Source: Mustelus asterias (taxonomy: Eukaryota). Taken from it: 45,102 bases of DNA. Of the stretch, positions 1 to 12,254 are shown in pieces; position 1 is the first letter of the stretch, and each line of letters opens with the position of its first letter. The translations under genes were made by a program, and so were the position numbers. Below the pieces are notes generated by a model that worked only from the letters and a program-made list of their open reading frames with translations, was not told the origin of the DNA and did no database searches. The stretch covers positions 310,001-355,102 of the forward strand of contig NW_027590427.1 in assembly GCF_964213995.1 (NCBI RefSeq), read 5' to 3'.

Positions 1-3000
1 AACCCCGTGCTGTACCTGTCCTGGGAGTGTTTGATGGGGACAGTGTAGAGGAAGCTTTACTCTGTATCTAACCCCGTGCTGTACCTGTCCTGGGAGTGTT
101 TGAAGGGGACAGTGTAGAGGGAGCTTTACTCTGGATCTAGTCCCGTGCTGTACCTGTCCTGGGAGTGTTTGAAGGGGACAGTGTAGAGGGAGCTTTACTC
201 TGTATCTCACCCCGTGCTGTATCTGTCCTGGGAGTGTTTGATGGGGACAGTGTAGAGGGAGCTTTACTCTGTATCTAACCCCGTGCTGTCCCTGTCCTGG
301 GAGTGTTTGATGGGGACAGTGTAGAGGGAGCTTTACTCTGGATCTAACCCCGTGCTGTACCTGTCCTGGGTGTGTTTGATGGGGACAGTGTAGAGGGAGC
401 TTTACTCAGTATCGAACCCCGTGCTGCACCTGTCCTGGGAGTGTTTGATGGGGACAGTGTAGAGGGAGCTTTACTCTGTATCTATCCCTGTGCTGTACCT
501 GTCCTGGGAGTGTTTGATGGGGGACAGTGTAGAGGGAGCTTTACTCTGTATCTAGCCCCGTGCTGTACCTGTCCTGGGAGTGTTTGATGGGGACAGTGTC
601 GAGGGAGCTTTACTCTGTATCTAACTCCATGCTGTATCTATCCTGGGAATTGTTCGATGGGGACAGTGTAGAGTGAGCTTCACTCAGCATCTATCCCTGT
701 GCTGTATCTGTCCTGGGAGTATTTAATGGCGACAGTGTAGAGAGAGCTTTACTCTGTATCTAAGCCCGTGCTGTATCTGTCCTGGGAGTGTCTGATGGGG
801 ACGGTGTACAGCGAGCTTTACTTTGTATCTAACCCCGTGCTGTATCTGTCATGGGAGTGTTTGATGGGGACAGTGTAGAGGGAGCTTTACTCTGTATCTA
901 ACCCCGTGCTGTATCTGTCCTGGAAGTGTTTGATGGGGACAGTGTAGAGGGAGCTTTACTCTGTATCTAACCCCGTGCTGTATCTGTCATGGGAGTGTTT
1001 GATGGGGACAGTGTAGAGGGAGCTTTACTCTGTATCTAACCCCGTGCTGTATCTGTCCTGGGTGTGTTTGAAGCGGACAGTGTCGAGGGAGCTTTACTCT
1101 GTATCGAACCCCATGCTGCACCTGTCCTGGGTGTGTTTGATGGGGACAGTGTAGAGGGAGCTTTACGCTGTATCTAACCCCGTGCTGTACCTGTCCTGGG
1201 AGTGTTTGATGGGGACAGTGTAGAGGAAGCTTTATTCTGTATCAAATCCCATGCTGTATCTGTCCTGGGAGTGTTTGATGGGGACAGTGTAGAGGGAGCT
1301 TTACTCTGTATCTAACCCCGTGCTGTACCTGTCTTGGGAGTGTTTGATGGGGACTGTGTAGAGGCAGCTTTACTCTGTATCTAACCCTGAGCTGTACCTG
1401 TCCAGGGAGTGTTTGATGGGGACGGTGTAGAGGGAGCTTTACTCTGTATCTAACCCCGTGCTGTACCTGTCCTGGGAGTGTTTGATGGGGACAGTGTGGA
1501 GGGAGCTTTACTCTGTATCTAACCCCGTGCTGTATCTGTCCTGGGAGTGTATGAAGGGGACAGTGTAGAGGGAGCTTTACTCTGTATCTAACCCCGTGCT
1601 GTATCTGTCCTGGGAGTGTATGACGGGGACAGTGTCGAGGCAGCTTGACTCTGCATCTGAAGCCTTGCTGTATCTGTCCTGGGAGTATTTAATGGCGACA
1701 GTGTAGAGGGAGCTTTGCTCTGTTTCTAACTCCATGCTGTATCTATCCTGGGAATTGTTTGATCGGGAGAGTGTAGAGTGAGCTTCACTCTGCATCTATC
1801 CCTGTGCTGTATCTGTCCTGGGAGTATTTAATGGCGACAGTGTAGAGAGAGCTTTACTCTGTATCTAACCCCGTGCTGTACCCGTCCTGGGATTGTTTGA
1901 TGGGGACGGTGTAGAGGGAGCTTTACTCTGTATCTAACCCCGTGCTGTTCCTGTCCTGGGAGTGTTTGATGGTGACAGTGTAGAGGGAGCTTTACTCTGT
2001 ATCTAACCCCGTGCTGCACCTGTCCGGAGTATGTTTCATGGGGTCAGTGTACAGGGAGCTTTACTCTGTATCTAATCCCGTGCTGTATCTGTCCAAGTGT
2101 GTTTGATGGGGACAGTGTAGAGGGAGCTTTACTCTGTATCTAACCCCGTGCTGTATCTGTCCAAGTGTGTTTGATGGGGACGGTGTAGAGGGAGCTTTAC
2201 TCTATATCTAACCCCGTGCTGTATCTGTCCTGAGTGTGTTTGGTGGGGACAGTTTAGAGGCAGCTTTACTCTGTATCTAACCCCGTGCTGTACCTGTCCT
2301 GGGAGTGTTTGATGGGGACAGTGTAGAGAGAGCTTCCCTCTGTATCTAACCCCATGCTGCACCTGTCCTGAGTATGTTTGATGGGGACAGTGTACAGGGA
2401 GCTTTACTCTGTATCTAACCCCGTGCTGTACCTGTCCTGGGAGTGTTTGATGGGGGACAGTGTAGAGGGAGCTTTACTCTGTATCTAACCCCGTGCTGTA
2501 CCTGTCCTGGGAGTGTTTGATGGGGACAGTGTAGAGGGAGCTTTACTCTGTATCTAACCCCGTGCTGCACCTGTCCGGAGTATGTTTCATGGGGTCAGTG
2601 TACAGGGAGCTTTACTCTGTATCTAACTCCATGCTGTATCTATCCTGGGAATTGTTCGATGGGGACAGTGTAGAGTGAGCTTCACTCAGCATCTATCCCT
2701 GTGCTGTATCTGTCCTGGGAGTATTTAATGGCGACAGTGTAGAGAGAGCTTTACTCTGTATCTAAGCCCGTGCTGTATCTGTCCTGGGAGTGTCTGATGG
2801 GGACGGTGTACAGCGAGCTTTACTTTGTATCTAACCCCGTGCTGTACCTGTCCTGGGCGTGTTTGATGGGGACAGTGTAGAGGGAGCTTTACTCTGTATC
2901 TAACCCCGTGTTGTATCTGTCATGGGAGTGTTTGATGGGGACAGTGTAGAGGGAGCTTTACTCTGTATCTAACCCCGTGCTGTATCTGTCCTGGAAGTGT

Positions 3001-6000
3001 TTGATGGGGACAGTGTAGAGGGAGCTTTACTCTGTATCTAACCCCGTGCTGTACCTGTCCTGGGAGTGTTTGATGGGGACAGTGTAGAGGGAGCTTTACT
3101 CTGTATCTAACCCCGTGCTGTATCTGTCCTGGGTGTGTTTGAAGCGGACAGTGTCGAGGGAGCTTTACGCTGTATCTAACCCCGTGCTGTACCTGTCCTG
3201 GGAGTGTTTGATGGGGACAGTGTAGAGGGAGCTTTACTCTGTATCTAATCCCGTGCTGTATCTATCCTGGGAGTGTTTGATGGGGACGGTGTAGAGGGAG
3301 CTTTACTCTGTATCTAACCCCGTGCTGTACCTGTCTTGGGAGTGTTTGACGGGGACTGTGTCGAGGCAGCTTTACTCTGTATCTAACCCTGTGCTGTACC
3401 TGTCCAGGGAGTGTTTGATGGGGACGGTGTAGAGGGAGCTTTACTCTGTATCTAACCCCGTGCTGTACCTGTCCTGGGAGTGTTTGATGGGGACAGTGTG
3501 GAGGGAGCTTTACTCTGTATCTAACCCCGTGCTGTATCTGTCCTGGGAGTGTATGAAGGGGACAGTGTAGAGGGAGCTTTACTCTGTATCTAACCCCGTG
3601 CTGTATCTGTCCTGGGAGTGTATGAAGGGGACAGTGTCGAGGCAGCTTGACTCTGCATCTGAAGCCTTGCTGTATCTGTCCTGGGAGTATTTAATGGCGA
3701 CAGTGTAGAGGGAGCTTTGCTCTGTTTCTAACTCCATGCTGTATCTATCCTGGGAATTGTTTGATCGGGACAGTGTAGAGTGAGCTTCACTCTGCATCTA
3801 AAGCCTTGCTGTATCTGTCCTGGGAGTATTTAATTCCGACAGTGTAGAGAGAGCTTTACTCTGTATCTAACCCCGTGCTGTACCCGTCCTGGGAGTGTTT
3901 GATGGGGACAGTGTCGAGGGAGCTTTACTCTGTATCTAACCCCGTGCTGTACCTGTCCTGGGAGTGTTTGATGGTGACAGTGTAGAGGGAGCTTTACTCT
4001 GTATCTAACCCCGTGCTGCACCTGTCCGGAGTATGTTTCATGGGGTCAGTGTACAGGGAGCTTTACTCTATATCTAATCCCGTGCTGTATCTGTCCAAGT
4101 GTGTTTGATGGGGACAGTGTAGAGGGAGCTTTACTCTGTATCTAACCCCGTGCTGTACCTGTTCTGGGAGTGTTTGATGGGGGACAGTTTAGAGGGAGCT
4201 TTACTCTGCATCTATCCCCGTGCTGTATCTGTCCAAGTGTGTTTGATGGGGACGGTGTAGAGGGAGCTTTACTCTATATCTAACCCCGTGCTGTATCTGT
4301 CCTGAGTGTGTTTGGTGGGGACAGTTTAGAGGCAGCTTTACTCTGTATCGAACCCCGTGCTGTACCTGTCCTGGGAGTGTTTGATGGGGACAGTGTAGAG
4401 AGAGCTTCCCTCTGTATCTAACCCCGTGCTGCACCTGTCCTGAGTATGTTTGATGGGGACAGTGTACAGGGAGCTTTACTCTGTATCTAATCCCGTGCTG
4501 TATCTGTCCTGGGTGTGTTTGATGGGGACAGCGTAGAGGGAGCTTTACTCTGTATCGAACCCCATGCTGCACCTGTCCTGGGTGTGTTTGATGGGGACAG
4601 TGTAGTGGGAGCTTCCCTCTGTATCTAAGCCCGTGCTGCACCTGTCCTGAGTGTGTTTGATGGGGACAGTGTACAGCGAGCTTTACTCTGTATCTAATCC
4701 CGTGCTGTATCTGTCGCAGGAGTGTTTGATGGGGACAGTGCAGAGGGAGCTTTACACTGTATCTAACCCCGTGCTGTACCTGTCCTGAGTGTGTTTCATG
4801 GGGACAGTGTACAAGGAGCTTTACTCTGTATCTAGCCCCATGCTGTATCTGTCCTGGGAGTCTTTGATTGAGACAGTGTAGAGGGAGCTTTTCTCTGTAT
4901 CTAACCCCGTGCTGTACCTGTCCTGAGTGTGTTTCATGGGGACAGTGTACAGGGAGCTTTACTCTGTATCTAACCCCGTGCTGTACTTGTCCTGAGTGTG
5001 TTTCATGGGGACAGTGTACAGGGAGCTTTACTCCGTCTCTAACCCCATGCGAGACATGTTCTGGGACTGTTTGATGGGGGACAGTTTAGAGGGAGCTTTA
5101 CTCTGTATCTAACCCCGTGCTGTACCTTTCCTGAGTGTGTTTCATGGGGACAGTGTAGAGCGAGCTTTACTCTGTATCTAACCCCGTGCTGTACCTGTCC
5201 TGAGTGTGTTTCATGGGGACAGTGTACAGGGAGCTTTACTCCGTCTCTAACCCCATGCGAGACATGTTCTGGGACTGTTTGATGGGGGACAGTTTAGAGG
5301 GAGCTTTCCTCTGTATCTAACCCCGTGCTGTACCTGTCCTGGGAGTGTTTGATGGGGATAGTGTAGAGGGATCTTTATTCTGTATCTAATCCCGTGCTGT
5401 ACCTGTCCTGGGAGTGTTCGATGGGGGACAGTGTAGAGGGAGCTTTACTCTGTATCTCACCCCGTGCTGTACCTGTCCTGAGTGTGTTTGATGGGGACAG
5501 TGTAGAGGGAGCTTTACTCTGTATCTAATCCCGTGCTGTACCTGTCCTGGGAGTGTTCGATGGGGGACAGTGTAGAGGGAGCTTTACTCTGTATCTCACC
5601 CCGTGCTGTATCTGTCCTGGGAGTGTTTAATGGGGACAGTGTCGAGGGAGCTTTACTCTGGATCTAACCCCGTGCTGCACCTGTCCTGGGTGTGTTTGAT
5701 GGGAACAGTGTCGAGGGAGCTTTACTCTGTATCTAACCCCGTGCTGTACCTGTCCTGGGTGTGTTTGATGGGAACAGTGTACAGGGAGCTTTACTCTGTA
5801 TCTAATCCCGTGCTGTATCTGTCCTGGGTGTGTTTGATGGGGACAGTGTAGAGGGAGCTTCACTCTGTATCTAAGCCCGTGTTGTACCTGTCCTGGGAGT
5901 GTTTGATGCAGACAGTGTCGAGGGAGCTTTACTCTGTATCTCACCCCGTGCTGCACCTGTCCTGAGTGTGTTTCATGGGGACAGTGTACAGGGAGCTTTA

Positions 6001-8258
6001 CTCTGAATCTAATCCCGTGCTGTATCTGTCCTGGGTGTGTTTGATGGGGATGGTGTAGAGGGAGCTTTACTCTGTATCTAACCCCGTGCTGTATCTGTCC
6101 TCAGTGTGTTTGGTGGCGACAGTGTCGGGGGAGCTTTTCTCTGTATCAAACCCCGTGCTGTATCTGTCCTGGGTGTGTTTGATGGGGACAGTGTAGAGGG
6201 AGCTTTCCTCTGTATCTAAGCCCGTGCTGCACCTGTCCTGAGTGTGTTTGATGGGGACAGTGTAGAGGGAGCTTTACTCTGTATCTAACCCCGTGCTGTA
6301 TCTGTCGCAGGAGTGTTTGATGGGGACAGTGCAGAGGGAGCTTTACACTGTATCTAACCCCGTGCGGCACCTGTCCTGAGTGTGTTTGATGGGGACAGTG
6401 TAGAGGGAGCTTTACTCTGTATCTAACCCCGTGCTGTATCTGTCCTGGGAGTGTTTGATGGGGACAGTGCAGAGGGAGCTTTACTCTGTATCTAACCCCG
6501 TGCTGTATCTGTCCTGGGAGTGTTTGATGGGGACAGTGTCGAGGGAGCTTTACTCTGGATCTAACCCCGTGCTGCACCTGTCCTGGGAGTGTTTAATGGG
6601 GACAGTGTAGAGGGAGCTTTACTCTGTATCGAACCCCGTGCTGTATCTGTCCTGGGAGTGTTTGATGGGGACAGTGTAGAGGGAGCTTTACTCTGTATCT
6701 AACCCCGTGCTGGACCTGTCCTGAGTGTGTTTGATGGGGACAGTGTAGAGGGAGCTTTACTCTGTATCTAACCCCGTGCTGTACCTGTCCTGGGAGTGTT
6801 TGATGGGGACAGTGTGGAGGGAGCTTTACTCTGTATCTAACCCCGTGCTGTACCTGTCCTGAGTGTGTTTGATGGGGACAGTGTAGAGGGAGCTTTACTC
6901 TGTATCTAACCCCGTGCTGTATCTGTCCTGGGAGTGTTTGATGGGGACAGTGTAGAGGGAGCTTTACTCTGTATCTAACCCCGTGCTGTATCTGTCCTGG
7001 GAGTGTTTGATGGGGACAGTGTAGAGGGAGCTTTACTCTGTATCTAACCCCGTGCTGTATCTGTCCTGGGAGTGTTTGATGGGGACAGTGTAGAGGGAGC
7101 TTTACTCTGGATCTAACCCCGTGCTGCACCTGTCCTGGGACTGTCTGATGGGGGACAGTGTAGAGGGAACTTTATTCTGTATCTAACCCCATGCTGTATC
7201 TGTCCTGGGAGTGTTTGATTGAGACAGTGTAGAGGGAGCTTTTCTCTGTATCTAACCCCGTGCTGTACCTGTCCTGAGTGTGTTTCATGGGGACAGTGTA
7301 CAGGGAGCTTTACTCCGTATCTAACCCCGTGCGAGACCTGTCCTGGGAGTGTTTGATGGGGACAGTGTAGAAGAAGCTTTATTCTGTATCAAATCCCGTG
7401 CTGTATCTGTCCTGGGAGTGTTTGATGGGGGACAGTGGAGAGGGAGCTTTACTCTGTATCAAATCCCGTGCTGTATCTGTCCTGGGAGTGTTTGATGGGG
7501 ACGGTGTAGAGGGAGCTTTACTCTGTATCTAACCCCGTGCTGTACCTGTCTTGGGAGTGTTTGATGGGGACTGTGTAGAGGGAGCTTTACTCTGTATCTA
7601 ACCCTGTGCTGTACCTGTCCTGGGAGTGTTTGATGGGGATGGTGTAGAGGGAGCTTTACTCTGTATCTAACCCCGTGCTGTACCTGTCCTGGGAGTGTTT
7701 GATGGGGACAGTGTGGAGGGAGCTTTACTCTGTATCTAACCCCGTGCTGTACCTGTCCTGAGTGTGTTTGATGGGGACAGTGTAGAGGGAGCTTTACTCT
7801 GTATCTAACCCCGTGCTGTACCTGTCCTGGGAGTGTTTGATGGGGACAGTGTGGAGGGAGCTTTACTCTGTATCTAACCCCGTGCTGTACCTGTCCTGAG
7901 TGTGTTTGATGGGGACAGTGTAGAGGGAGCTTTACTCTGGATCTAACCCCGTGCTGCACCTGTCCTGGGAGTGTTTGATGGGGGACAGTGTAGAGGGAAC
8001 TTTATTCTGTATCTAACCCCATGCTGTATCTGTCCTGGGAGTGTTTGATTGAGACAGTGTAGAGGGAGCTTTTCTCTGTATCTAACCCCGTGCTGTACCT
8101 GTCCTGAGTGTGTTTCATGGGGACAGTGTACAGGGAGCTTTACTCCGTATCTAACCCCGTGCGAGACCTGTTCTGGGAGTGTTTGATGGGGGACAGTTTA
8201 GAGGGAGCTTTACTCTGTATCTAACCCCGTGCTGTACCTGTCCTGGGTGTGTTTGATG
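1..8258. repeat. 69-bp tandem satellite array (~120 monomers; continues left of the window)
   Basis: Monomer AACCCCGTGCTGTACCTGTCCTGGGAGTGTTTGATGGGGACAGTGTAGAGGGAGCTTTACTCTGTATCT starts at 1 and again at 70. The minus-strand ORFs repeat a 23-aa unit (QHGVRYRVKLPLHCPHQTLPGQV), which equals 69 nt. The array stops abruptly at ~8258. Confidence 0.98.
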
Positions 8259-8571
8259 GTAAGAAGTCTCACAACACCAGGTTAAAGTCCAACAGGTTTA
8301 TTTGGTAGCAAATACCATTAGCTTTCGGAGCGCTGCTCCTTCGTCAGATGGAGTGGTCTCTGTTCTCAAACAGGGCACAGACACAGAAATCAAATTACAG
8401 AATCTGCTTTCTTGCATCTTTGTAGAAACTTGATGTCTGTGTCGATATGCGCGATCTTCTTGGAGATCCTCCCCACTTGGAGCCGGCAGTCGATGGTAGA
8501 CATGATGTGGAGATGCCGGCGTTGGACTGGGGTAAGCACAGTAAGAAGTCTCACAACACCAGGTTAAAGTC
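8259..8571 (-). mobile_element. Internally deleted Penelope-like retroelement (pseudo-LTR pieces, ORF N-terminus, hammerhead)
   Basis: Direct repeat GTAAGAAGTCTCACAACACCAGGTTAAAGTC at 8259 and 8541. Minus-strand ATG at 8503 reads MSTIDCRLQVGRISKKIAHIDTDIKFLQRCKKA, then joins at ~8403 to a terminal segment containing a hammerhead motif. Confidence 0.7.
8315..8351 (-). ncRNA. Minimal type I hammerhead ribozyme
   Basis: Minus strand reads CCAU-CUGACGA-A-GGAGC-AGC-GCUCC-GAA-AGCU-A-AUGG. It has the CUGANGA and GAAA core, stem I CCAU/AUGG, stem II GGAGC/GCUCC, palindromic AGCU stem III and cleavage triplet CUA. Confidence 0.85.
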
Positions 8572-8826
8572 GACGCCACAAAGATGGTGATTAAATATGT
8601 TTGTCTGCACCGGTAAACGCATTAAATTTTGTTGCGGACTGAACGAGTTGCGAATATATGTACAAACAATACAAACATTTATTTCCTGCCATTGCATCCT
8701 AAATAACAGCATTTCTGATTTTCCGAAAGGCAATTGAATTAATGTAAGGTCCGATTTTCCGAAAAGCATTTGAGTTGATGTAACATCGAGATTCACATAA
8801 TGGTGAGCAATGATGGTGGCACAGTG

Positions 8827-9124
8827 GGACGGCACAGTGGCACATTGGTTAGCACTGCGGCCTCACAGACACCTGGGTTCGACTCAAGGCTTGGGTCACT
8901 GTCTGTGTTGAGTTTGCACGTTCTACCCGTGTTCCCCGGGTCCTGGTTTCCTCCCACAGTCCAAAGATGTGCAGGCGAGGTGGATAGGCCATGCTAAATT
9001 TCCCCTTAGTGCCAGGGGGCGAGGTAGGTAAACACATGGGGTCATGGGGATAGGGCCTGGGTGGGATTGTGTTCGATGCAGTCTCGATGGGCCGAATGGC
9101 CTCCCTCTTCACTGCATGATTCTA
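8827..9124 (+). mobile_element. HE1-type tRNA-derived SINE (diverged)
   Basis: Head GGCACAGTGGCACATTGGTTAGCACTGC, V-domain GGGTCACTGTCTGTGTTGAGTTTGCACGTTCT, CR1-like tail GGGCCGAATGGCCTCC...GATTCTA. Confidence 0.9.
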
Positions 9125-9176
9125 GGAAGGTAAACCATGCAGGCTTCGCACTCCCTTAATAAGGAAGGTCCGAAAG

Positions 9177-9249
9177 TGCTTCTGCCGGGTTTTGATCCGG
9201 GGATCTTTCACGTGTGAGGCGAACGTGATAACCATGACATTACATGAAC
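9177..9249 (-). pseudogene. tRNA-Val(CAC) pseudogene
   Basis: Colinear with vertebrate tRNA-Val (GGTTATCACGTTCGCCTCACAC...). Acceptor stem, D arm and T loop carry substitutions. Confidence 0.85.
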
Positions 9250-9519
9250 AGCTGACAGCATATTTTAGCTAATCGGCCTGTCTGCAATGTCCAACTGCGC
9301 TGCGTTGCTCCAGGTTCCAATGGATAGACTGAGAGCCCATGCCACTGAATTCAAGAAGAAAACCGGTACTTTTAACCTGATTTCAGAATTTATCTTGAAC
9401 ATCAAAATTTAAAAGCTTTCGTTTGGCAAATATCTAAGTGAGCATTGATTTCTGCCCATTCATTAATGCATCATTTTCATCTTCCTTCGAATGATCTCAA
9501 CAAATTGTAATCAGTAATA

Positions 9520-9655
9520 AAAGTAAATTACTGCGGATGCTGGAATCGGAAACCAAAAGAGAAAATGCTCGAAAATCTCGCAATGTCTGACAGCTCCTGT
9601 TAGGAGAGAAAAGGGCTGACCTTTCGAGTCCAGATGACATTTTGTGAAAGCTCAT
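9520..9655 (-). mobile_element. Short Penelope-derived (pLTR-like) repeat with degenerate hammerhead; shared copies at ~11400-11535 and ~13230-13363
   Basis: AAAG(C/T)AAATTACTGCGGATGCTGGAATC...GCTGACGTTTCGAGTCCAGATGAC. The reverse complement of the best copy (13323-13363) reads AGCT-TTGACAA...GACTC-GAAACGTC-AGCT. Flanked by a duplicated CAATTGTACTCAGTA-like target site. Confidence 0.65.
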
Positions 9656-10332
9656 TGAGCAATTGTACTCAGTATTTGTTTTATTATTCAATATTTAGTA
9701 TCAATACATTATTTAACACATATGTCTTCATTATGAATTGAATATCTCTGGAATTGAATATCACTGAATTGCAAACATAACTGACCAACAGAACGAATCG
9801 AATCACCGGGTAATACAGATCGCAATTTTGAGATTGATCATAACCAGCTTTTAAACAAAGTCAACTACGTTTTAAATGGAAGTGATTCAAGAATTAACTG
9901 TTCGTGACAATTGAGCCTTTTTTTATTATGGGCGTGAAATATTCAGGCGCATAAATTCCGGCCATTTATAGGAAGGTCCAGAAGATCTGCACTGAGTCCC
10001 GATTCTCTCATCTGTTTGAGTGTTTTTTTTTTCTATTTCTTTGTTGTGAAGAACGATTTTTTAAAAGAATCGTCTGGGAAATGAACGCCATTTCTGATAG
10101 ATCACTTACAATATAACTTGTGTCAGTCTTCTGGAGCAGACGCTACTATTAGAAACGTTTCATTCTTGTCAGTGCATCAAAAAAAAGTCAGCATTTCTTA
10201 TTTTACAGAAAACATTGGAGGCCGATGTCAGAGCAACAATAATATGCCTGTAATATTGAGGTTCAGATAATGTTGAGAAACGAACTGAAATCATGCAATT
10301 TTCCTTCACGCGACATGAGAAAGCTTAATGAA

Positions 10333-10405
10333 TGTTTCTGCTCCGTTTCGAACCAGGACCTTTCCGCGTGTCAGACGAACATAATAACCACTACACTGGA
10401 GAAAC
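10333..10405 (-). pseudogene. tRNA-Val pseudogene (anticodon mutated to GAC)
   Basis: TGTTTCTGCTCCGTTTCGAACCAGGACCTTTCCGCGTGTCAGACGAACATAATAACCACTACAC is the reverse complement of a diverged tRNA-Val. Confidence 0.85.
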
Positions 10406-10626
10406 AGCTGGACGCAAACTGCAGCAAATCGGACTGTCCGCAATGTTCAACAGCTGCAGGTTCCAATGGTCAGACTGAGAGCCCATGCTTCTTAATTCAG
10501 GAAGATAACCGTTGCTTTCAATCTGATTGCTCAACTTATTTTGAACATCAAAATTTAAAAGCGTTCTTCTGGCAAATATCTAAGGGAACAATGATTTCTA
10601 GCCTTTCATTAATGCATCATTCTATA

Positions 10627-11357
10627 GCTATACGATAAATGGCAGAACCATAAAGGGTGTAGATACGCAGAGGGACCTGGGTGTGCAAGTCCACAGATCC
10701 TTGAAGGTGACGTCACAGGTGGAGAAGGTAGTGAATAAGGCATATGGCATGCTTGCCTTTATAGGGCGGGGCATAGAGTATAAGGTTGGAGTCTGATGTT
10801 GCAGATGTACAGAACGTTGGTTCGGCCGCATTTGGAATACTGCGTCCAGTTCTGGTCGCCACACTACCAGAAGGACGTGGAGGCTTTGGAGAGAGTGCAG
10901 AGGAGGTTGACCTGGATGTTGTCTGGTATGGAGGGGCTTAGTTATGAGGAGAGATTGGGTAAACTGGGGTTGTTCTCACTGGAAAAACGGAGGATGAGGG
11001 GAGACTTAATAGAGATGTATAAAGTTATGAAAGGCATAGATAGGATGAACGGTGGGAAGCTTTTCCCCAGGTCGGTGGTGACGTTCACGAGGGGTCATGG
11101 GTTCAAGGTGAACGGGGGGAGGTTTAACACAGATATCAGAAGGACATATTTTACACAGAGGGTGGTGGGGGCCTGGAATGCGCTGCCAGGCAAGGTGGTG
11201 GAGGCGGACACACTGGGAACGTTTAAGACTTATCTAGATAGCCACATGAACGGAGTGGGAATGGAGGGATACAAAAGAATGGTCTAGTTTGGACCAGGGA
11301 GCAGCACGGGCTTGGGCTAGTTCCTGTGCTGTATTGTTCTTTGTTCTTTGTTCTTTA
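10627..11357 (+). mobile_element. CR1/HER1-type LINE, 3' fragment
   Basis: ORF 10796-11287 contains YRTLVRPHLEYCVQFWSP...RRMRGDLIE, typical of the CR1 ORF2 C-terminus. Tail is (TGTTCTT)n. Confidence 0.95.
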
Positions 11358-12254
11358 TTCTCATCTTCCTTCGAATAATCTCAACCAATTGTTCTCAGCA
11401 ATAAAAACAAATTACTGCGGATACTGGAATCGGAAACCAAACGAAAAAATGCTGGAAAATCTCACAACGTCTGACAGCACCTGTAAGAAGAGAAAGGAGC
11501 TGACGTTTCGAGTCCAGATGACACTTCAACAACGTTCATTGTACAATTGTACTCAGTATTTGTTTCAATATTTAGTCTCAATGCATTATTTAACACAGAT
11601 GTCTTCATTATGAATTGAATATCTCTGAAATTGAATATCATAGAATTGTAAATATAACTGACCAACAGGAATCGAGTCACCGGGGAATACAGATCACAAT
11701 TATGAGATTGACCATAGCGAACTACATTTAAGCAAAGTGAACTACATTTAAATAGACGAGATTGAAGAATTATTGACACTTGAGTCTTTTCTTTTTTGAG
11801 TGTGAAACATTCAGGCGCATAAATTCCGGCCATTTAAATGAAAGTTCAGTAGATCCGCACTGAGTCTCGATTTCCTCATTTGTCTGAGTGTTTTTTTTCC
11901 CATTTCTTTGTTTTGAAGAACGATTTAAAAAAAGATTCTTCTGGGAAATGTGCGCCATTTCCTACACTTCGCTTACCGTATCACTCGTGTCAGTCCCCTG
12001 GAGCACATACTACTATTCGAAAAGTTCCAGATGGTGATTAGCTACGTTAATCTGCACCTATAAACTCTTTAAATTCTGTTGTAGACTGAACGTGATGCGA
12101 ATATGCGCACAGTGTCAAAATCGAAAGGTTTCTTTCCTGTCAGTTCGTCAAAAAGCTATCAACATTCTTATTTTACAGAAATCATTTGAGGCCGAGGTCA
12201 GAGCAAAGATCATATGGCTGCAACATCAAGATGCGGATAATGTTCAGCAACGAA

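Noticed and set aside
39-78. GACAGTG in each monomer as an RSS heptamer array
   Set aside because: It lacks the essential CAC, and no nonamer-like sequence occurs at 12 or 23 nt.
372-7959. His/Cys/Arg-rich 23-aa repeat ORFs
   Set aside because: They are a by-product of a 69-bp (3n) monomer with a stop-free frame. They are broken by indels and stops and lack gene structure.
1-8258. CRISPR-like array
   Set aside because: The whole monomer is repeated, there are no unique spacers and no cas genes, and the context is eukaryotic.
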